Of a stretch of DNA of 64,000 bases, positions 1-14,369 are shown piece by piece. The position numbers and the translations under genes are program-made. This DNA comes from Octopus vulgaris (Eukaryota): assembly GCA_951406725.2 (NCBI GenBank), contig OX597814.1:103664001-103728000 (forward strand), written 5' to 3'. The notes beneath the pieces were generated by a model. That model worked only from the letters and a program-made list of their open reading frames with translations. It searched no databases and was not told where the DNA came from. Position 1 is the stretch's first letter, and each line of letters starts with the position of its first letter.

Positions 1-769
1 ATTGATCACTGTGATAGTAAACACGTATTTGACCTCTGTTGTAAGGAGTGCACGGTCCTTCTGCTTTTTGATCGCACAAGAATGCGAAACCCCATCACTG
101 AACTCCTTGTCACCAGCAGCTGAATCTATTTACAGACTGGTGGCATTTGGCTGTGTCTCCATGAAGCTGCTTCTCGTCTTCGTACTGTCTAGCCCCAGCC
201 ATCATGTATTTAAGATCATCTCAAGTATAAGGCAAAAGTCGTGGCTAAACAACATCTAATATCACAGTAGGAGGAGAAAAGCTGGCAGACTTAACCAAAT
301 TCCGCAGCAGCTAATAACGACGATGATGACAGTTACACTGTTGCAATGTCTCCAAAGGTTAGCCGCAATGATACAGGCCATGGCGGTATTGGTGCTAACT
401 AACGGTAATCACTGCTGCTGTAATGGTAAGGTTGAAGTAATTGTAACTGTAATAATGGCAGAGTCGACAATAGTGGCAGAGACAACAACCGTCTCTACAT
501 CTGCCACAATTCAGGGCTCAACACTAATAATTTTAATGTAGCACAAATAAGTCTTACGAGGCAAAAAGGAAAACTACAACAATACACCAAATCGTTTGAC
601 TTATGATTAATCTGGAAGCGTGTACCCCAGGAGGGAACCAGCTTGGGATTGAAAAGTCATCCACTGGCACAAACTCTTCTCTGAATACGAACCTGGATAG
701 TCACTTGAACGGAAACTGCCCCAACTCGAGCCCCCTCCCCCAAGCCCACCACCACAGCCACCACAAAAT

Positions 770-3700
770 TTAAAGTGTAAGAAGATCAAATGGACCCGAA
801 AAGAGTATACAGAAGTAATATACGCCTATTACTATGCATTAGGTAGGTCATCTGAAGAGAAACACACAGCACACTCTTGTCAAATATGGAGGACATAAAA
901 TCAAGGCAGCAGACTATATTTGGACGAATGTAAGTTAGTGAATGTTAGGAGGGATACCTTTATAGATAAGAGACTCACACATAGTGAAATAACCGCAATC
1001 AAATAAGCAGCAAAAAATGATCACGCATTTCCTGAAGAACAGAGTCTATGATAGAAATGAAGCAGAAAATCGTGAATAAATTTGAAGTTGCAAGACATGC
1101 CAATATGCATGATAGAGAACCACTTCATAAACTTCCAAATACAATTCAAAGTCAAAAAAACAAATTAAAATTGTCAACTATGTAACAAAAGAAATCATGC
1201 AAGAACTAAAACCTGATCTCACAGAGTTAAATGAAATCATTTTCGCATCTGCTAAAATAATTGAAACCAGTTGTATGTCTCCGAAAATACAAAGAAATAC
1301 AAACATGGGAAGAATTCCAAACTGAAGAAGTAAAATTGAAAAAGAGATTGAAATAATGAGAGGTGACATATCAATATTAAATGAACTAACGATGTAAGAT
1401 CCAGAAAAGGAATAAAGACGAAGAGAAAATATAAATTCTCTCCAAGAGAAGAACTGCTTTCAACAAAAGAAACTCTGCAACAAAAAGTCCAATCAAAATC
1501 TCAAAGAATACGAAGATTTGAGAAGCGAGACAAGTTTTACAAGCAAAAAAAAAAACTGTTTACATCCAATTCGAAAACATTCTACAGAGAAAGATGGAAG
1601 GGGAAAATAACCGTTGAAGAATCCCACTTCCATGGAAGAAATTGAAAGTTTTGAGAAAAATATTTGGAGTGATGAAAAGACATTCAATGAACATGCAGAC
1701 TGGATTAGACACACAGAAGGATCCTACCAAAATTTACCAGAACAAGCATGAGAAGACATTACAATGGCAGATTTAAGGATGACACTCATGAAGACTCGTT
1801 AGTGGAAATCCCCTGGTAAAGATAAAGAACCAAATTTCTAGCTTGCAGCTCTCTCATGCGCATACGAATAGTTCAGCTATTCAATGATTGGTTAGGCAGT
1901 AGTATTGCTTACCTACTTCCAAAGAACAATGAAACCAATTTTCCCCAAAACTATCGGCCCATAACGTATAAAATTTTAACATTCATCCTCGTGGAGAAAA
2001 CATACAAATTTATGGAACAAAAATGGTGCTGACGGGACTCATATGGATGCAAAAATCAACTTCTAATCAATTACATTACCCTTGAGAACTTTCATAGCAA
2101 ACGCAAAAATCTCAGTTCCGAATGGATAAGGTCTTTGCTAGCATACCACATTCATGGATCTTGAAATCACTGGATGTCTTTAAAATTTCTTCTGTAAGCA
2201 CAACATGTCAGTGTGGAATACGAATCTCCAATTATACCACTCTAATGGAGTGCTGACTACAAGCAATATTAAAATTAATAGTGGCATTTTCCAAGGTAAC
2301 TTACTTTCGCCTCTAATTTTTTCCATTGCCCTAATACCACTTTATAAGTGAACTTAACAGTACACTTAACATTACAAGTGAACTTAAAGGTATGGGTATA
2401 AAATTGACGACAAGAAAATAAGTCATCTATATTACGTGGATGACTTAAAACTCTATAGCAAAGAAGATCTATTACGTATTGTGAAAGGTCTATTACGTAC
2501 TGCGAAAGCATTCAGTGATGACATCAGGATGGAATTTAGTTTTGATAAATGTGCCGAGACCACTTTCCAGAAAGGGAAATTGAAGACCTCACATTCAGTG
2601 ATGTTAGATGTTGACAGAGTTATAAAAGGACTTGAGAAGGCATAAACTTACAAATACCTCGGAATAAATGAGAGCTCTGGCATTCAGCATGCAAGCATGA
2701 GAGAGATCAGAAAGGAAATTTACAGGAAAGTTCGAGCAGTCCTAAAATCCAAGTTAAATGCACACAATAAGGTGTTAGCTATAAATTCCTGCTGTTTTTT
2801 ACAGTTTCAATGCGTTGAACGGGAATATGAGCGAAACGGGGAAGATTGACTGGAAAATCCATAAGCTACTGACTTGCAATACTATGCACCATCCAAAGGC
2901 AGACGCAGATCATCTTTACATTCCCAGAGTCCAAGGAGGCCGAGGCTTGATCCAGTTTGAAACCTCTTACAAAACCATCACAATTGGACTGACAAAATAT
3001 CTTGAAACATCTAACGACTGGATGCTAAAACTCGTTAAAACCACGAGAGACGTAAGAAACTTCATTCTGTCTTGAAGGAGAGCAAAAAATTTGCTAGTGA
3101 GTTTATGCATAATATCCAGATAGGAGAGCATGATGGAAGTGCGGAAACTGTTGTTGCAAAGAAGGTGAAATTAATGGCAAAGGAAAAAGCGTTTAAAAAA
3201 TTAGCTGATAGGTGGAAACAGGAATCTCTGCATGGCAAATATGTGAACAGTAGCAAACAAGTTGCTGTAGATCAGAAGAACAACCATCAGTGGCTACGGA
3301 GCTCAGGGCTAAGGGCAGAGAGCAAAGGCTTTATCTTAGTTGCTCAAGATCAGAGCTTACTGACCCACAACTACCAAATCAACGTGATAAAAAATGGAGT
3401 AAGCCCAAATTGCCAGTTCTGCAACGATGAGATTGAAACAGTGGACCCCCTAATCTCTGGGTGGAAGGTTTTAGCACCGTAGAATATAAATCAAGACATG
3501 AGAGGGTTGGCCAATGCCTACACAAGATAATATGTTGGCATTATAACACTGAAACTGTTGACAAATGGTACAAACACCACACTGAGTCTGTAACTGAGGG
3601 AGAAAGCGTAACGATTCTTTGAGACTTTCTTGTACATACAGACCGGACAATCAAAGCTAATAAACCAGACATTGTTGTAAAACACCAAAGCAATAAAATC

Positions 3701-4206
3701 TGTTTATTGATTGACATGAGCAGGTCCTGTGATTATAATATCTCGGCAAAAGAAATTGATGAGCTCAGAAAATACAAAGATTTGCTGATTGAAATCGAAA
3801 AACTATGGCATCTCAAGACAGTTACAATACCAGTGATTGCAGGAGCACTTGGAATGATCAAAACAGGAGCAGAAAATTATTTAAGAATGATCCCTATCTT
3901 ACCATCCACGCAGGAAGTGAAAAAGATTGTCTTAACTGGTAACTGTTCACACGTATTGAGAAGAGCATCTTCGCTGTGAATTGCCTTTCTCTCTTCCTCT
4001 TTATTTTCTTTGTTTCTTTTTTCATTTTTCTTTTCTTCCTTTTTTGCTTTTTCTTTCTGTCTTTCTTCTCATTTTATTCTATCACATGACTTTGTAGATG
4101 AACAATCTGGTGTGTTTATTTTAATGAGCTATCAATGCATATAATGACTTTCTTTGCCTTAGGTTTCGGAAAGACACCCGACAAGAAATGGAAACAAAAT
4201 TATAAG
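770..4206 (+). mobile_element. Degenerate near-full-length R4/Dong-clade non-LTR retrotransposon (RT + CCHC + restriction-like endonuclease)
   Basis: Frameshifted peptides: KIKWTRKEY (N-term), NYRPIT, GCKNQLLI, GIFQG, (Y)VDDLKLY, MEFSFDKCA, YKYLG, MHHPKADADHLYIPRVQGGRGL, QWLRSSGLRAESKGFILVAQDQ, CQFC, NKPDIVV..LIDMS, IPVIAGALG. The 3' UTR ends directly in (ATA)n at 4207. 5' boundary uncertain. Confidence 0.9.
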
Positions 4207-4473
<267 letters not shown>

Positions 4474-4489
4474 ATGGATTTACCAAAGA

Positions 4490-5640
4490 AATAGATATGA
4501 AATTTGGATTAGAAAAATACACCAAAGTAACCCTGAAAAGAGGAAAACTAGTTAAGAGTAGCAACATCACACTAGATAAAACCAATGAAATAAGAGAATT
4601 AGACAAAAGCCAAACTTACAAATACTTAGGAATCCATGAACTAGATAAGACACAACACACACAAATGAAAGAGAAAATAAAAAAAGAATATTATAGACGA
4701 GTTAGATCAATACTAAAAACAGAGCTCAATGCTAAAAACAAGATAATAGGTATTAACACTTTAGCCGTCCCAGTTATAAGTTACAGCTACAATATCCTTA
4801 ACTGGACACTAAATGAACTAACCAAAATAGATAGGAAAACAAGAAAAATAATGACAGGATCTAGGATGCATCACCCAAAATCTGACATAGGAAGGCTATA
4901 TATACAACGTAAAGAAAGTGGTAGAGGCCTTATACAGCTGGAAAACTACTATAAAATAACCACCACAGGACTGCAAAAATATCTATTTCAGAAGGAAAGA
5001 AAACTGATACAAATAGCGGCAAAACAAAAAATTGTTCTCAGTATTTAAGGAAGCTGACAAATACAAACAAGAAATCATACCACCTAACAAATATGAAGAA
5101 GAAGAAGAAGAAGAAGAAGAAGAAGAAGAAGAAGAAGAAGAAGAAGAAGAAGAAGAAGAAGAAGAAGAAGAAGAAGGAAAGCTATGAAGTAAATGAAATC
5201 AAAACTTAAACTAGAACAGCAACGGACCATGATAAAACGATGGCAAGAAAAGCCCCTTCATGGCAAGTACTGGACTAAACTAAATGCAAAAGAAATAGAC
5301 AAAGAAAAATCCCAGCAGTGGTTGAGAAGCTCAGAGACAGAGGGATTTTTAACTCGAATGTGGAATCTAAAAACAGAAACAATTCCTATCATAGTAGGTG
5401 CATTAGGCATGATAAAAAAATATTCAGACAAATACATAACAAAAACACCAGGACTTACAAACACATATAACATACAGAAAATTGCACTACTAGGCACTGC
5501 ACACATCCTACGCAGAACACTTTCAATACAGTAACCATCAGAGCATCACAACAAATCACAGCACATACCAAGGCACACAGAGCTGCGCTCGGTAGTGAAA
5601 TGAAAGCACGTTATAAAAATAAAACTGCTGAATGAAAATG
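4490..5640 (+). mobile_element. 5'-truncated, internally deleted R4/Dong element with an internal (GAA)n expansion (5095-5175)
   Basis: MKFGLEKY..YKYLGI..ILKTELNAKNKIIGINTLAVPVISYS..MHHPKSDIGRLYIQRKESGRGL. WLRSSETEGFL is fused directly to MWNLKTETIPIIVGALG. 3' UTR then (ATA)n at 5641-5701. Confidence 0.9.
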
Positions 5641-5701
<61 letters not shown>

Positions 5702-5703
<2 letters not shown>

Positions 5704-6540
5704 GGACAACTGGAAGGGCCTGGGGCTAGATGGAGTTGATGGTTACTGAATCAAAAGATTTGGTGAATGTCATGCACGAATAGCTGCGCAACTCAACACT
5801 TTGTTAAATGCCGATCAAGGGGAACACCAGAGTGGTTGACATTAGGTAGGACAGTGGTGTGCCTGAAAAACATCGAAAAAGGCAATATGGTAGACAATTA
5901 CAGGCCGATATCCTGTTTGCCACTTATGTGGAAGTTATTGACTGGAATACTCGCAGAGTCAATGTACGAACATCTGGGAAAAAATGGATTCCGCCACATG
6001 AGCAGAAGGGTTGCAAGCATAAGTGCAGAGGTACCAAGGATCAACTCCTGATAGATAAAAGTCGAAATTAAACGGTCGGAATAAGATTGAAGCTATCAAC
6101 ATCTGGGCGGTTTCACATCTTATATATGGAGCAGGGGTAATCGCATGGACAGTAGACGAACTAAACAGCTTAGACAGAAAGACAAGGAAGTTTCTAACTA
6201 GATATGGGTCACTCCACCCAAAAAGTGACACAGACAGACTTTATGTACCATGGAAAAGAGGGGAAGAGGACTGATTGGATGTGAACACGGCATTAGAGCA
6301 GAAGAAAACAACATAGCATGGTATGTAAAAAATGCTACAGATCCACTGTTATTGGAAGTAAGAAGATCAGGCCTGTGTAGGATGAAAGATTGCAAAGATA
6401 AAGCACTATACAAGAAATTGAAAACGAATGAAACTGAAAATAGGTGGGTAAAGAAAAGAATGCATGAACAATTTCATAGGGGTGTTGAATATAAGACAGA
6501 CAGAGAAAAAGATGACTAAAAGTGATTTAAAACTGGAAAG
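5702..6540 (+). mobile_element. R4/Dong fragment from a third subfamily, with the RT core deleted
   Basis: NWKGLG(L)[46 protein letters not shown] joined to KLNGRNKIEAINIWAV, LHPKSDTDRLYV..RGRGLIG. Confidence 0.85.
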
Positions 6541-7539
6541 ATATGCAAATCGTTCTTCTCGACACTTTACGATCGCACCATCTTCAGTAACGCTTTCTTC
6601 CTTGATCACAAGATGTCTTACATACAATATGAAATAATTGCCAATTATGTTGGGATGTGGATAATGAAGGTGGGACAGGAGAATAACTTAATAAAGTGTA
6701 TCAAAACAGGTCGAACATTTAGAATACAGAGAAATGGGAACCTCAGAGGAAAGGGTGAGCTGTCGCTTTTCACTTCGTATCAGAGGACACCAAGCATTTT
6801 GGCCACTCTTTGGACTGACCATTGGTCACAGACCAGAAGAAATGATATTCTGTATTATTACAGTGTTAATAGGACATTAAGCTTGAACTCTTCAGGATCA
6901 GATTAAGAAATATGTTAACGAAAATGAGAACAATAGCGGAGGGGTAGGGTGGGGGAAAGAGATGAAACGTGTTGAAAGGTCATGAGTAAAAGGTCATATG
7001 TTAGCAAATGACCTTGCACTCAGATGAAAAGTAAAGATATCATATAAATATTTCAACTCCGTATTAAATTATGTTGGAGCAGTGGTTAGTATAATTGCTC
7101 GTGGCCCGGTACCTTATTCCCTGAGTTCAAATCATGATCAATCCGCTTTTGTTTTTCTTCCTTCTGGAGCCAATGAAATAGGTTCTAGTTAATGGTCATT
7201 TTAATTAACTGGTGACCTTCATCTTGGAAGATCATGCTAATTAATTAATATCTTGTTCTACCAGTCCTGCTGTTAACCACCTTAATTTTGATAATGAGTT
7301 CCAACATAGGCACTAAAATGTAATTTTTCGGAACAAGAACCCAAACTGATAAAGAATAATTCCTGCATTTGGCTGGTCCCGGTTTTAGTCACCTCCCAGC
7401 AGGATTCGAACTCAGAAGCTGCGCAGCACCGAACCAAACTGTTTTAAATAATATTACATGTAACTCCAGTCAAAAGTGTTAGGTACCTCCCTCTTTCGTT
7501 TGTATGTGTATGTGTGTGTGTGTTTGTTTGTGTGTGTGC

Positions 7540-7576
<37 letters not shown>

Positions 7577-7659
7577 CAATGCAATCATTACATCAATTTA
7601 AATGCAGGGCTATCCTCAGCTGCATAAATAAATAGAATTTTTAATCAGTTGGACACATT

Positions 7660-7995
7660 AATATAATTTTACTCAAGTAAAATACCCTCCTCCCACAATT
7701 GAGGTGGTTTCATGGCAAAGAATTCATCAAGGTATCTTTTTACGTCATTCAAGAAATTGAAATTTTTACCATTAAGACTATTCTGCAGAGACCTGAATAA
7801 GTGGAAATCCGAAGGAGCAATATCTGGTGAATATGGAGGGTGGGATAACACATCCCAGCCGAGCTGCAGCAATTTTTGTCTGGTTCCCAAAAAACGTGCA
7901 GTCTTGCATTATCATGTTGGAAAACAACACCCTTCCTGTTGGCCAATTCTGGACGTTTCTCTTAAATTGCTGCTTTTAACTCGTCCAGTCGTGTG
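7660..7995 (-). mobile_element. mariner (DD34D) transposase C-terminal fragment
   Basis: RKGVVFQHDNARLH, frameshift, then LGWDVLSHPPYSPDIAPSDFHLFRSLQNSLNGKNF. Confidence 0.92.
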
Positions 7996-8131
7996 CAGTA
8001 TACATATATATATATATATATAATTTTAATAATTATTACCTCTGAAGGTTATTTTTTTCCATGCTGGCCACTTGGTAATTTCGTTGTTTTATTTTAAATT
8101 AACGATCTTATCCTTATAATAATATATATAC

Positions 8132-8403
8132 ACCGGAATAATACGGTATATCATTATTAATAGTTTAGTCTTAAAAAGTGGGAAAAAGTATATATTGCCA
8201 CGAAAAATGCCGAACCGCGAATAAGCGGAGGTCCACTGTGTGTGTGTATATGCGTGTGTGTGTATATATATATATATATATACATATACACACACACAGT
8301 GGACCTCCGCTTATTCGCGGTTCGTCATTTTTCGTGGCAATATATACTTTTTCCCACTTTTTAAGACTAAACTATTAATAATGATATACCGTATTATTCC
8401 GGT
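8132..8403. repeat. Inverted repeat with ~121-bp arms (8132-8252 / 8283-8403) around a TG/TA spacer; contains the Tigger TIR
   Basis: Arms are reverse-complementary with one mismatch seen. Confidence 0.92.
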
Positions 8404-9830
8404 TTACCGGACGCCCCTTCGCACCTGATGGTCCCTCTAATTACAATAGCCGCGCATCATGTCGCTTGATTTTTTTTTTTAGATACAAGTACACTGTATC
8501 TTGTATCTCTTATTCCTGCTTTCAGTCACAGCTTGCAAATTAGTAGAGCGACTAACAACGCTTTTTAAATCATCGTTACATTTGATCATACACAATGTTT
8601 ATTTCAACAGAATAATTTTTAAGGTCGTGAGCCAATTTCATTGAAATTAGGTTACTTGCTAGTCCCTCCCTCCCTCTCCGTCTCTCTTAGTCTCTCTCTC
8701 TCTCTCATTATTATAGTATAGATTACTGTATCTAGTGGTAATAAAAACTAAGTATTTCAAAACCATGATTATTTTAAATTTCTGCTCAATCTCCCGTTGG
8801 TGGTACGTGCATATTAGATGCAATGCAGATTTTTTGTAGTTTTTTTTGGGGGGGTGGGGAAAAACTCCGACCAGTAGCTATCCCTAGTAGTTTGTTGAGT
8901 GTTGTGTTTTTCACAGCGTGTTATTGAAATCCTAAGATGCCGCCCAAATGCCCTACACCATCTAAAGCTTCTGTCAGTGAACCTAAGCGCCAGAGAAAGG
9001 TTATGACGCTCCATGAAAAGGCACAACTGCTGGATATGTTCCGGTAAGGTAAAAGTTATGCTGCAGTTGGTCGCTATTGTGTTGTCAACGAAAGCACCAC
9101 ATGCTACATAAAGAAGAACGAGGTGTTGATCAGGACTAGCGTAGCAGTAAGTTTCTGTGAATGTGCCAAAAAGATAACGATAGTGAGAAATAAGTACTTC
9201 GTCGGGATGGAATCTGCCTTGGCAATGGAATCTTCCTTAGCATTGTGGATCAGTGACAATAAGTGACTGCAAGAAGAAAAACATACCCTTGAGCGGTAAC
9301 ATCATCCACGAGAAAACGCGGAAATTATACCAGCAGTTCGACAGAGGGGACGGAGCAGAAGGCACTGAAGAACTGCAATCAAGACCATTGACAGCGCCAG
9401 AGCCGGAAGATTTTCACACCAGCAAGGGATGGTCCGCGAACCCAAAGGCCTTCAAAAATAAGAATAAAAATCCGCTGCCTGTCCACTGGATGAACAACCC
9501 CAAGGCCTGAATCACCAAAAGTCTAATTTTGAATTGGTTCCACCACTGCTTCATCCACCAAGCCAAGGAATACCTCTAAAATGTTTGCATGGAATTCAAG
9601 GTGTTGCTTGTTATGGATAATGCTGGTGGTCACTCTTTGGATTTGAATCACGAAGGAGTTCGAGTTCCTCCCTGCCAACGTCACCTCCCTCATCCAGCCT
9701 ATGGATCAAGGCGTGATCCGTGCCTTCAAGACACTTTACACTCGGAACTCTCTCCAACACTTAGTGGACGCAATTGATTCGGACGAGAATTTCAAGTTAA
9801 AGGAGTAACATAACGATCGTCACGTGCCAT
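8297..9830 (+). mobile_element. Tigger/pogo (TIGD1-like) DNA transposon remnant, internally deleted
   Basis: Starts with TIR-like CAGTGGACCTCCGCTTATTCGCGG. From 8937: MPPKCPTP..KRQRKVMTLHEKAQLLDM (CENP-B HTH), LPVHWMNNPKA, KVLLVMDNAGGH, FLPANVTSLIQPMDQGVIRAFK. Confidence 0.88.
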
Positions 9831-10487
9831 GAAGGTAAAAAGCAGTTTTGGGAAATCAGCGACCACCATTACAATCTCCACCGCTATTTTCACCCCCCCC
9901 CCAAATGAAACGTAATTTAAAAACAGTAGCGAAATATTGTTTAATTTTATTCATTAACCGCGCCCCTCCATAAATCCTAAAATTTCGGCTTTTTTTTTTA
10001 CAAATTTTGTTTTAATGCGAAAAGGTGTTTGATAATGATGATTTAACTGTTGTTTCTAGTACACCACACGACCATCGGTTGCCTTATTCATTTCTGTGTC
10101 TCTCTGTATCTCCAATATTTTTCTCTCAATAAACACATTTTCTAGAATTATAATGTTGCTGGCATGTAAGCAACAATAATTTGTAATTTAATTTTTTAAG
10201 CCTCAACTCTGCATCAGGCAACTGTGTGTGTGTGTGTGTGTGTATGTGTAAGAAGAAACATATTTACAAATAGAAAAGTATGCTATTAACGCAATAACTT
10301 ATCATTTCCCTTTTTTAAATTACTCTGTCACCCTAATGAAATGCCTCATACACCTCATGCATACACACACACGCCGACAAATACACAGACATTCAGCGTG
10401 AGGGATATACTTTTATAGAGAGTGGGAGAAAGTGTGAGGAAAACGTATAGAGAGGGGTAAAGTTTACCATGAGAAAAGCAAAAATGA

Positions 10488-10549
<62 letters not shown>

Positions 10550-12477
10550 AAGAGCTCTTTTCTGTTGCTGTCATATATTTTGAAATTTTAAAATTAAGTG
10601 AAAATTTTCAGGTTTTGGTATATTGACGTACTTTTTTACGCTGAATCAATGTTTGTGATTCATTTATTCCAGACCAAAAAAAAAAAAAAAAGAAAAAAAG
10701 AAAAAAATTAGAAATATGTTACAGAGGCTTAAAGTTTGGTAATTTTCATCCAATGAGAAAACAGGGTTTGCGCGTAATAGTTGTCATAAAACGAAAGTAA
10801 ACATTAGGCGATGAGATTTTAAACAAAACGAAAGCTATGAGAGTTAATACATATAGAAAGCGAGTGAGTGTCAAAGAGAATGGTAAATAACAGAGATAGA
10901 TACACTGGTGGGGAAAGATAGAGTGGAAGAATTGTCGATCTAAAAGTAAGTCATTTCTCGTAGCAAGTTACGTTTTTCTATTATTGTTTTTGTACGAATT
11001 TTCTTTGAGACGCAGATTTCGAAAATCAAGTTCGTTTTTCTCGAGGATATACCTTCAGAGACTTTCTGGGCTAAACACACACGCACTCGCATTTATACCG
11101 TTGAAGATATATAGTATATATATCATATTGTATCATATTATATTGCATTATATATTTTCAGCACAAATATTGGCGGAGTCCCAAACACCAACTCCCTGCC
11201 AAAGATTGATGTGTCAACAAACGAGTAACCCATGTAAATTTCCAATTGCAAAAGCAACAGAACCAACTGACCCCCAATTGTTAACATTTTTGTCATTGGT
11301 GCCTTTTCTTTAACAGACCATCGACATTATAGAGATGTTTTATCTGATGACTAGTCAGTGTTTGTACGCAGCTTACATGAACGGATGTAGACATTTACGC
11401 CACTCAGCTTTAACTACAGGATGCGACGACGACGAAGACGATGGTCGTGACCCAGCTTGAGCGAACTTGCTGCAAGAATGTACGATACTCACGACTCTTG
11501 TCGTTGCTGATACACGACATTTCTCATGAACACACCAACTGATTCACTTGGTATAAATATCTCTTTTCTTTCTCTCGTCGCCAGAAACGTCATTTATGTC
11601 TACGTTACACATTTCATATTAATAGACAAAACACTAAGTCACGTTGTTAAGCGATATTGCTGGTTGGTTTGCCTCTTTCTGTCACACTAAGAAGAGAAAC
11701 TAGGTGAGAGGAGTGTGTGTGAGAGGGGGTGGCAAAGAGAGAGAGAGGGAGAGAGAGAGAAATAAATAAATAAAGAAAGAAAGAAAGAAAGAAAGAAAGA
11801 AATGAAGGAAAAGGAAAGTAAAATTATATCCAGGAGGGGAATTGTTGGAGATGTAAGATGAAATGACTGCATCCAGCTTGTTGGGTGTGTCTGCGTTCAG
11901 AGTTCAAGTATTGCCCAGTTCAGCTTTCGCGTTCATCCTTCTGGGTTCGATAAAATAAAATCACCAATGGAGGCCGGTGGATTGTTAAAGGTTCAGGCGA
12001 GATAACATTGTGGAATTTATTCCGACTATTTTTGGAACGGTGGAACTCGAAGCAGATACAGTTATAAATAACAGCGTGTAAGTATTAAGTTTAAAACTCT
12101 TTGAATAGAAAAAAATTGAATGCTGCCCGTCTGACTCGAACCAACATCTTCTGGAAACATAACAAATGTTCTACTATTGATAACCATCGAGTTTTTCTAT
12201 CCCAATGTTTGCATGCCATTATTTATAGCTCTAGCTGCTTCGAGTTTCCCCGTTCAAAAGAAAAAAAAAAGAATATATGTATATGTATGTATATGAGTGT
12301 GTCTGAATGTATGAAGCAATGAGCAAATAAGGGACGACTACACGAGTGAGATAAGTTTTAAAGATGTTGTATTTTGATTGAACTCCTGTTCTTCATCAGA
12401 CCAAACAGAACGGGGAAAGATATAATGAAAGAGGAAAACTGGCAGGAAAGGGAAAAAAAACAGACCCTTATATATTC

Positions 12478-12818
12478 TTTTCTACGCTAGGCACAAGACC
12501 CGAAATTTTGAGGAAGGGGGCCAGTCGATTAGATTGACCCCAGTAAGTAACTGGTACTTAATTTATCGACTCCGAATGGATGAAAAGCAAAGTTGACCTC
12601 GGCGGAATTTGAACTCAGAACATAAAGACAGACGAAATACCTATTTCTTTACTACCCACAAGGGGCTAAACACAGAGAGGACAAACAAGGACAGACAAAC
12701 GGATTAAGTCGATTATATCGACCCCAGTGCGTAACTGGTTCTTATTTAATCGACCCCGAAATGATGAAAGGCAAAGTCGACCTCGGCGTGCTAACGTTTC
12801 TGCCAGCTCGCCGCCTTA
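12478..12818 (-). mobile_element. Dimeric/chimeric tRNA-derived SINE (family A); further partial copies near 7075-7200, 7330-7440, 11880-12050, 29108-29280, 33390-33540, 35240-35345, 43620-43745, 60790-60870
   Basis: Minus strand: A-box-like GGCGAGCTGGCAGAA, B-box GAGTTCAAATTCC, shared body GTCGACTTTGCCTTTCATCC..GGGGTCGAT; many dispersed copies. Confidence 0.8.
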
Positions 12819-13332
12819 GTAACAAAAATATATTGCTTGATAGATTGGGTATACCATTATAAATGAAACAAAATATTATGTCCTCATTCGGTTTCATGAC
12901 AAGATCTGAGAAAAGCCCGGCATCGTCAGAGATATCAGAAAGGAATGGTAGGATGTGGTCTTTTAGCCATTGGAGATCTGAAAGTGTCACTTCGAGTTCG
13001 TGGGTTTTAAGGCTGTATACACACACACACACACACACACACACGCACTCACGCATGCGTGCGCAAACGGAACAGTATTTCAGAACATCCAAGGTTTCTT
13101 GCGATACAACTTTAAAAGTCGAATATAGTCATCAGAAAGTTTTAAATAATCAAAACCCAAAATGGAAGTTCGATAGTTTGAATGTATCGATCACTTTTGA
13201 TTCGTTATATATTTACTGAGTTAGAGTTTGTGTTTGTGAAGCACAAACAAATGGTTCTACTTTGAAGTTATTCCTCAGAAACTTTGGGATATGACGGTAA
13301 GTCAAGATAAGCTCAGATGTTTTTATTTAGTA

Positions 13333-13675
13333 CTAGCAGTATCGCCCGGCGTTGATCGGGTTTGTTTCGACCCTTTAGAATTGAAATTTTTGAAAAGTAA
13401 AACTTTTGCATTATGTAGCTTATTATTCTCTTTAAGTGAACATTTTTCTGGTTGAAATACACCGAAAAATGGCGACATAGCAGTAAAAAAATTCGTTAAA
13501 AATAGGGATTTTCATAGAAAAAAAGCACCTTTTTCATGTAAATAATTTTTGGTGTTAACATGGTCCGATTTGAATTTTGGTCAACTTGTGCCGCAGGGTC
13601 TCGGAGGAGATAGTGTTAGTTGAAGGCTACCAAACCTGCCATACACAGACAACTTCAGCTTTATATATAGAGAGA
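13333..13675 (-). mobile_element. Non-autonomous Helitron family 1 (internally deleted copy)
   Basis: 5' TC after A, subterminal hairpin CCCGATCAACGCCGGG, 3' CTAG before T; homologous to 27526-27919 and 29297-29690. Confidence 0.85.
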
Positions 13676-14334
13676 TTGGAGTCAGGTAACGGACGATGCT
13701 GAGCTTCTCTATGTAATTATTCGCATTTCTCCTGCACTCTCTGAATCTCAAAAGAATATGGATAATGAAGTAATGTTCTTATTTAGATGACAGCGGTAGA
13801 ATAAGGTGTTGTATTAGTGCAGGCGGCACTAACAAAACAGCTGAGGAATACTCTACTTAGACCCCCGACTTAAAGTAGAAAAATATTCATATTTAGCGAG
13901 TTGATTATAGTAAAAGTGTTCACTCTACACACTGTATTGAGTACTCTTATTTTTGTCTGTGAAGCCACTTAGATATTATATTTTAACAATTCCATTCTTT
14001 TGTCTAGAAATATGTCAACACCACGGCGCGAACGTAAGATAAATACTTTCTTTGGTCGCAACAGTATGAGCTTGACAGACATTATATACGGTGTCTGGCC
14101 GTGTACGTGTCTCTTATATATGCGTTTGTGTGATTTGGATGTGAAATGGGTGCGTAATTATCAATCATATCACATAAAACACTTGAATTTCATACGAAAT
14201 GACAAGTTGGAATATTTGTTGGTAAGCTTGCGGATGAAAGCGCCAAATGAACAACGAGAAATTATGACGCCAGCCATCACACTCCACAAACACTGAATAA
14301 CAAATGCCAAACCCGATGACATTAATCAGCCTAC

Positions 14335-14369
<35 letters not shown>

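Noticed and set aside
10560-11060. Possible DNA-transposon subterminal sequence
   Set aside because: No TIR pair or TSD could be identified.
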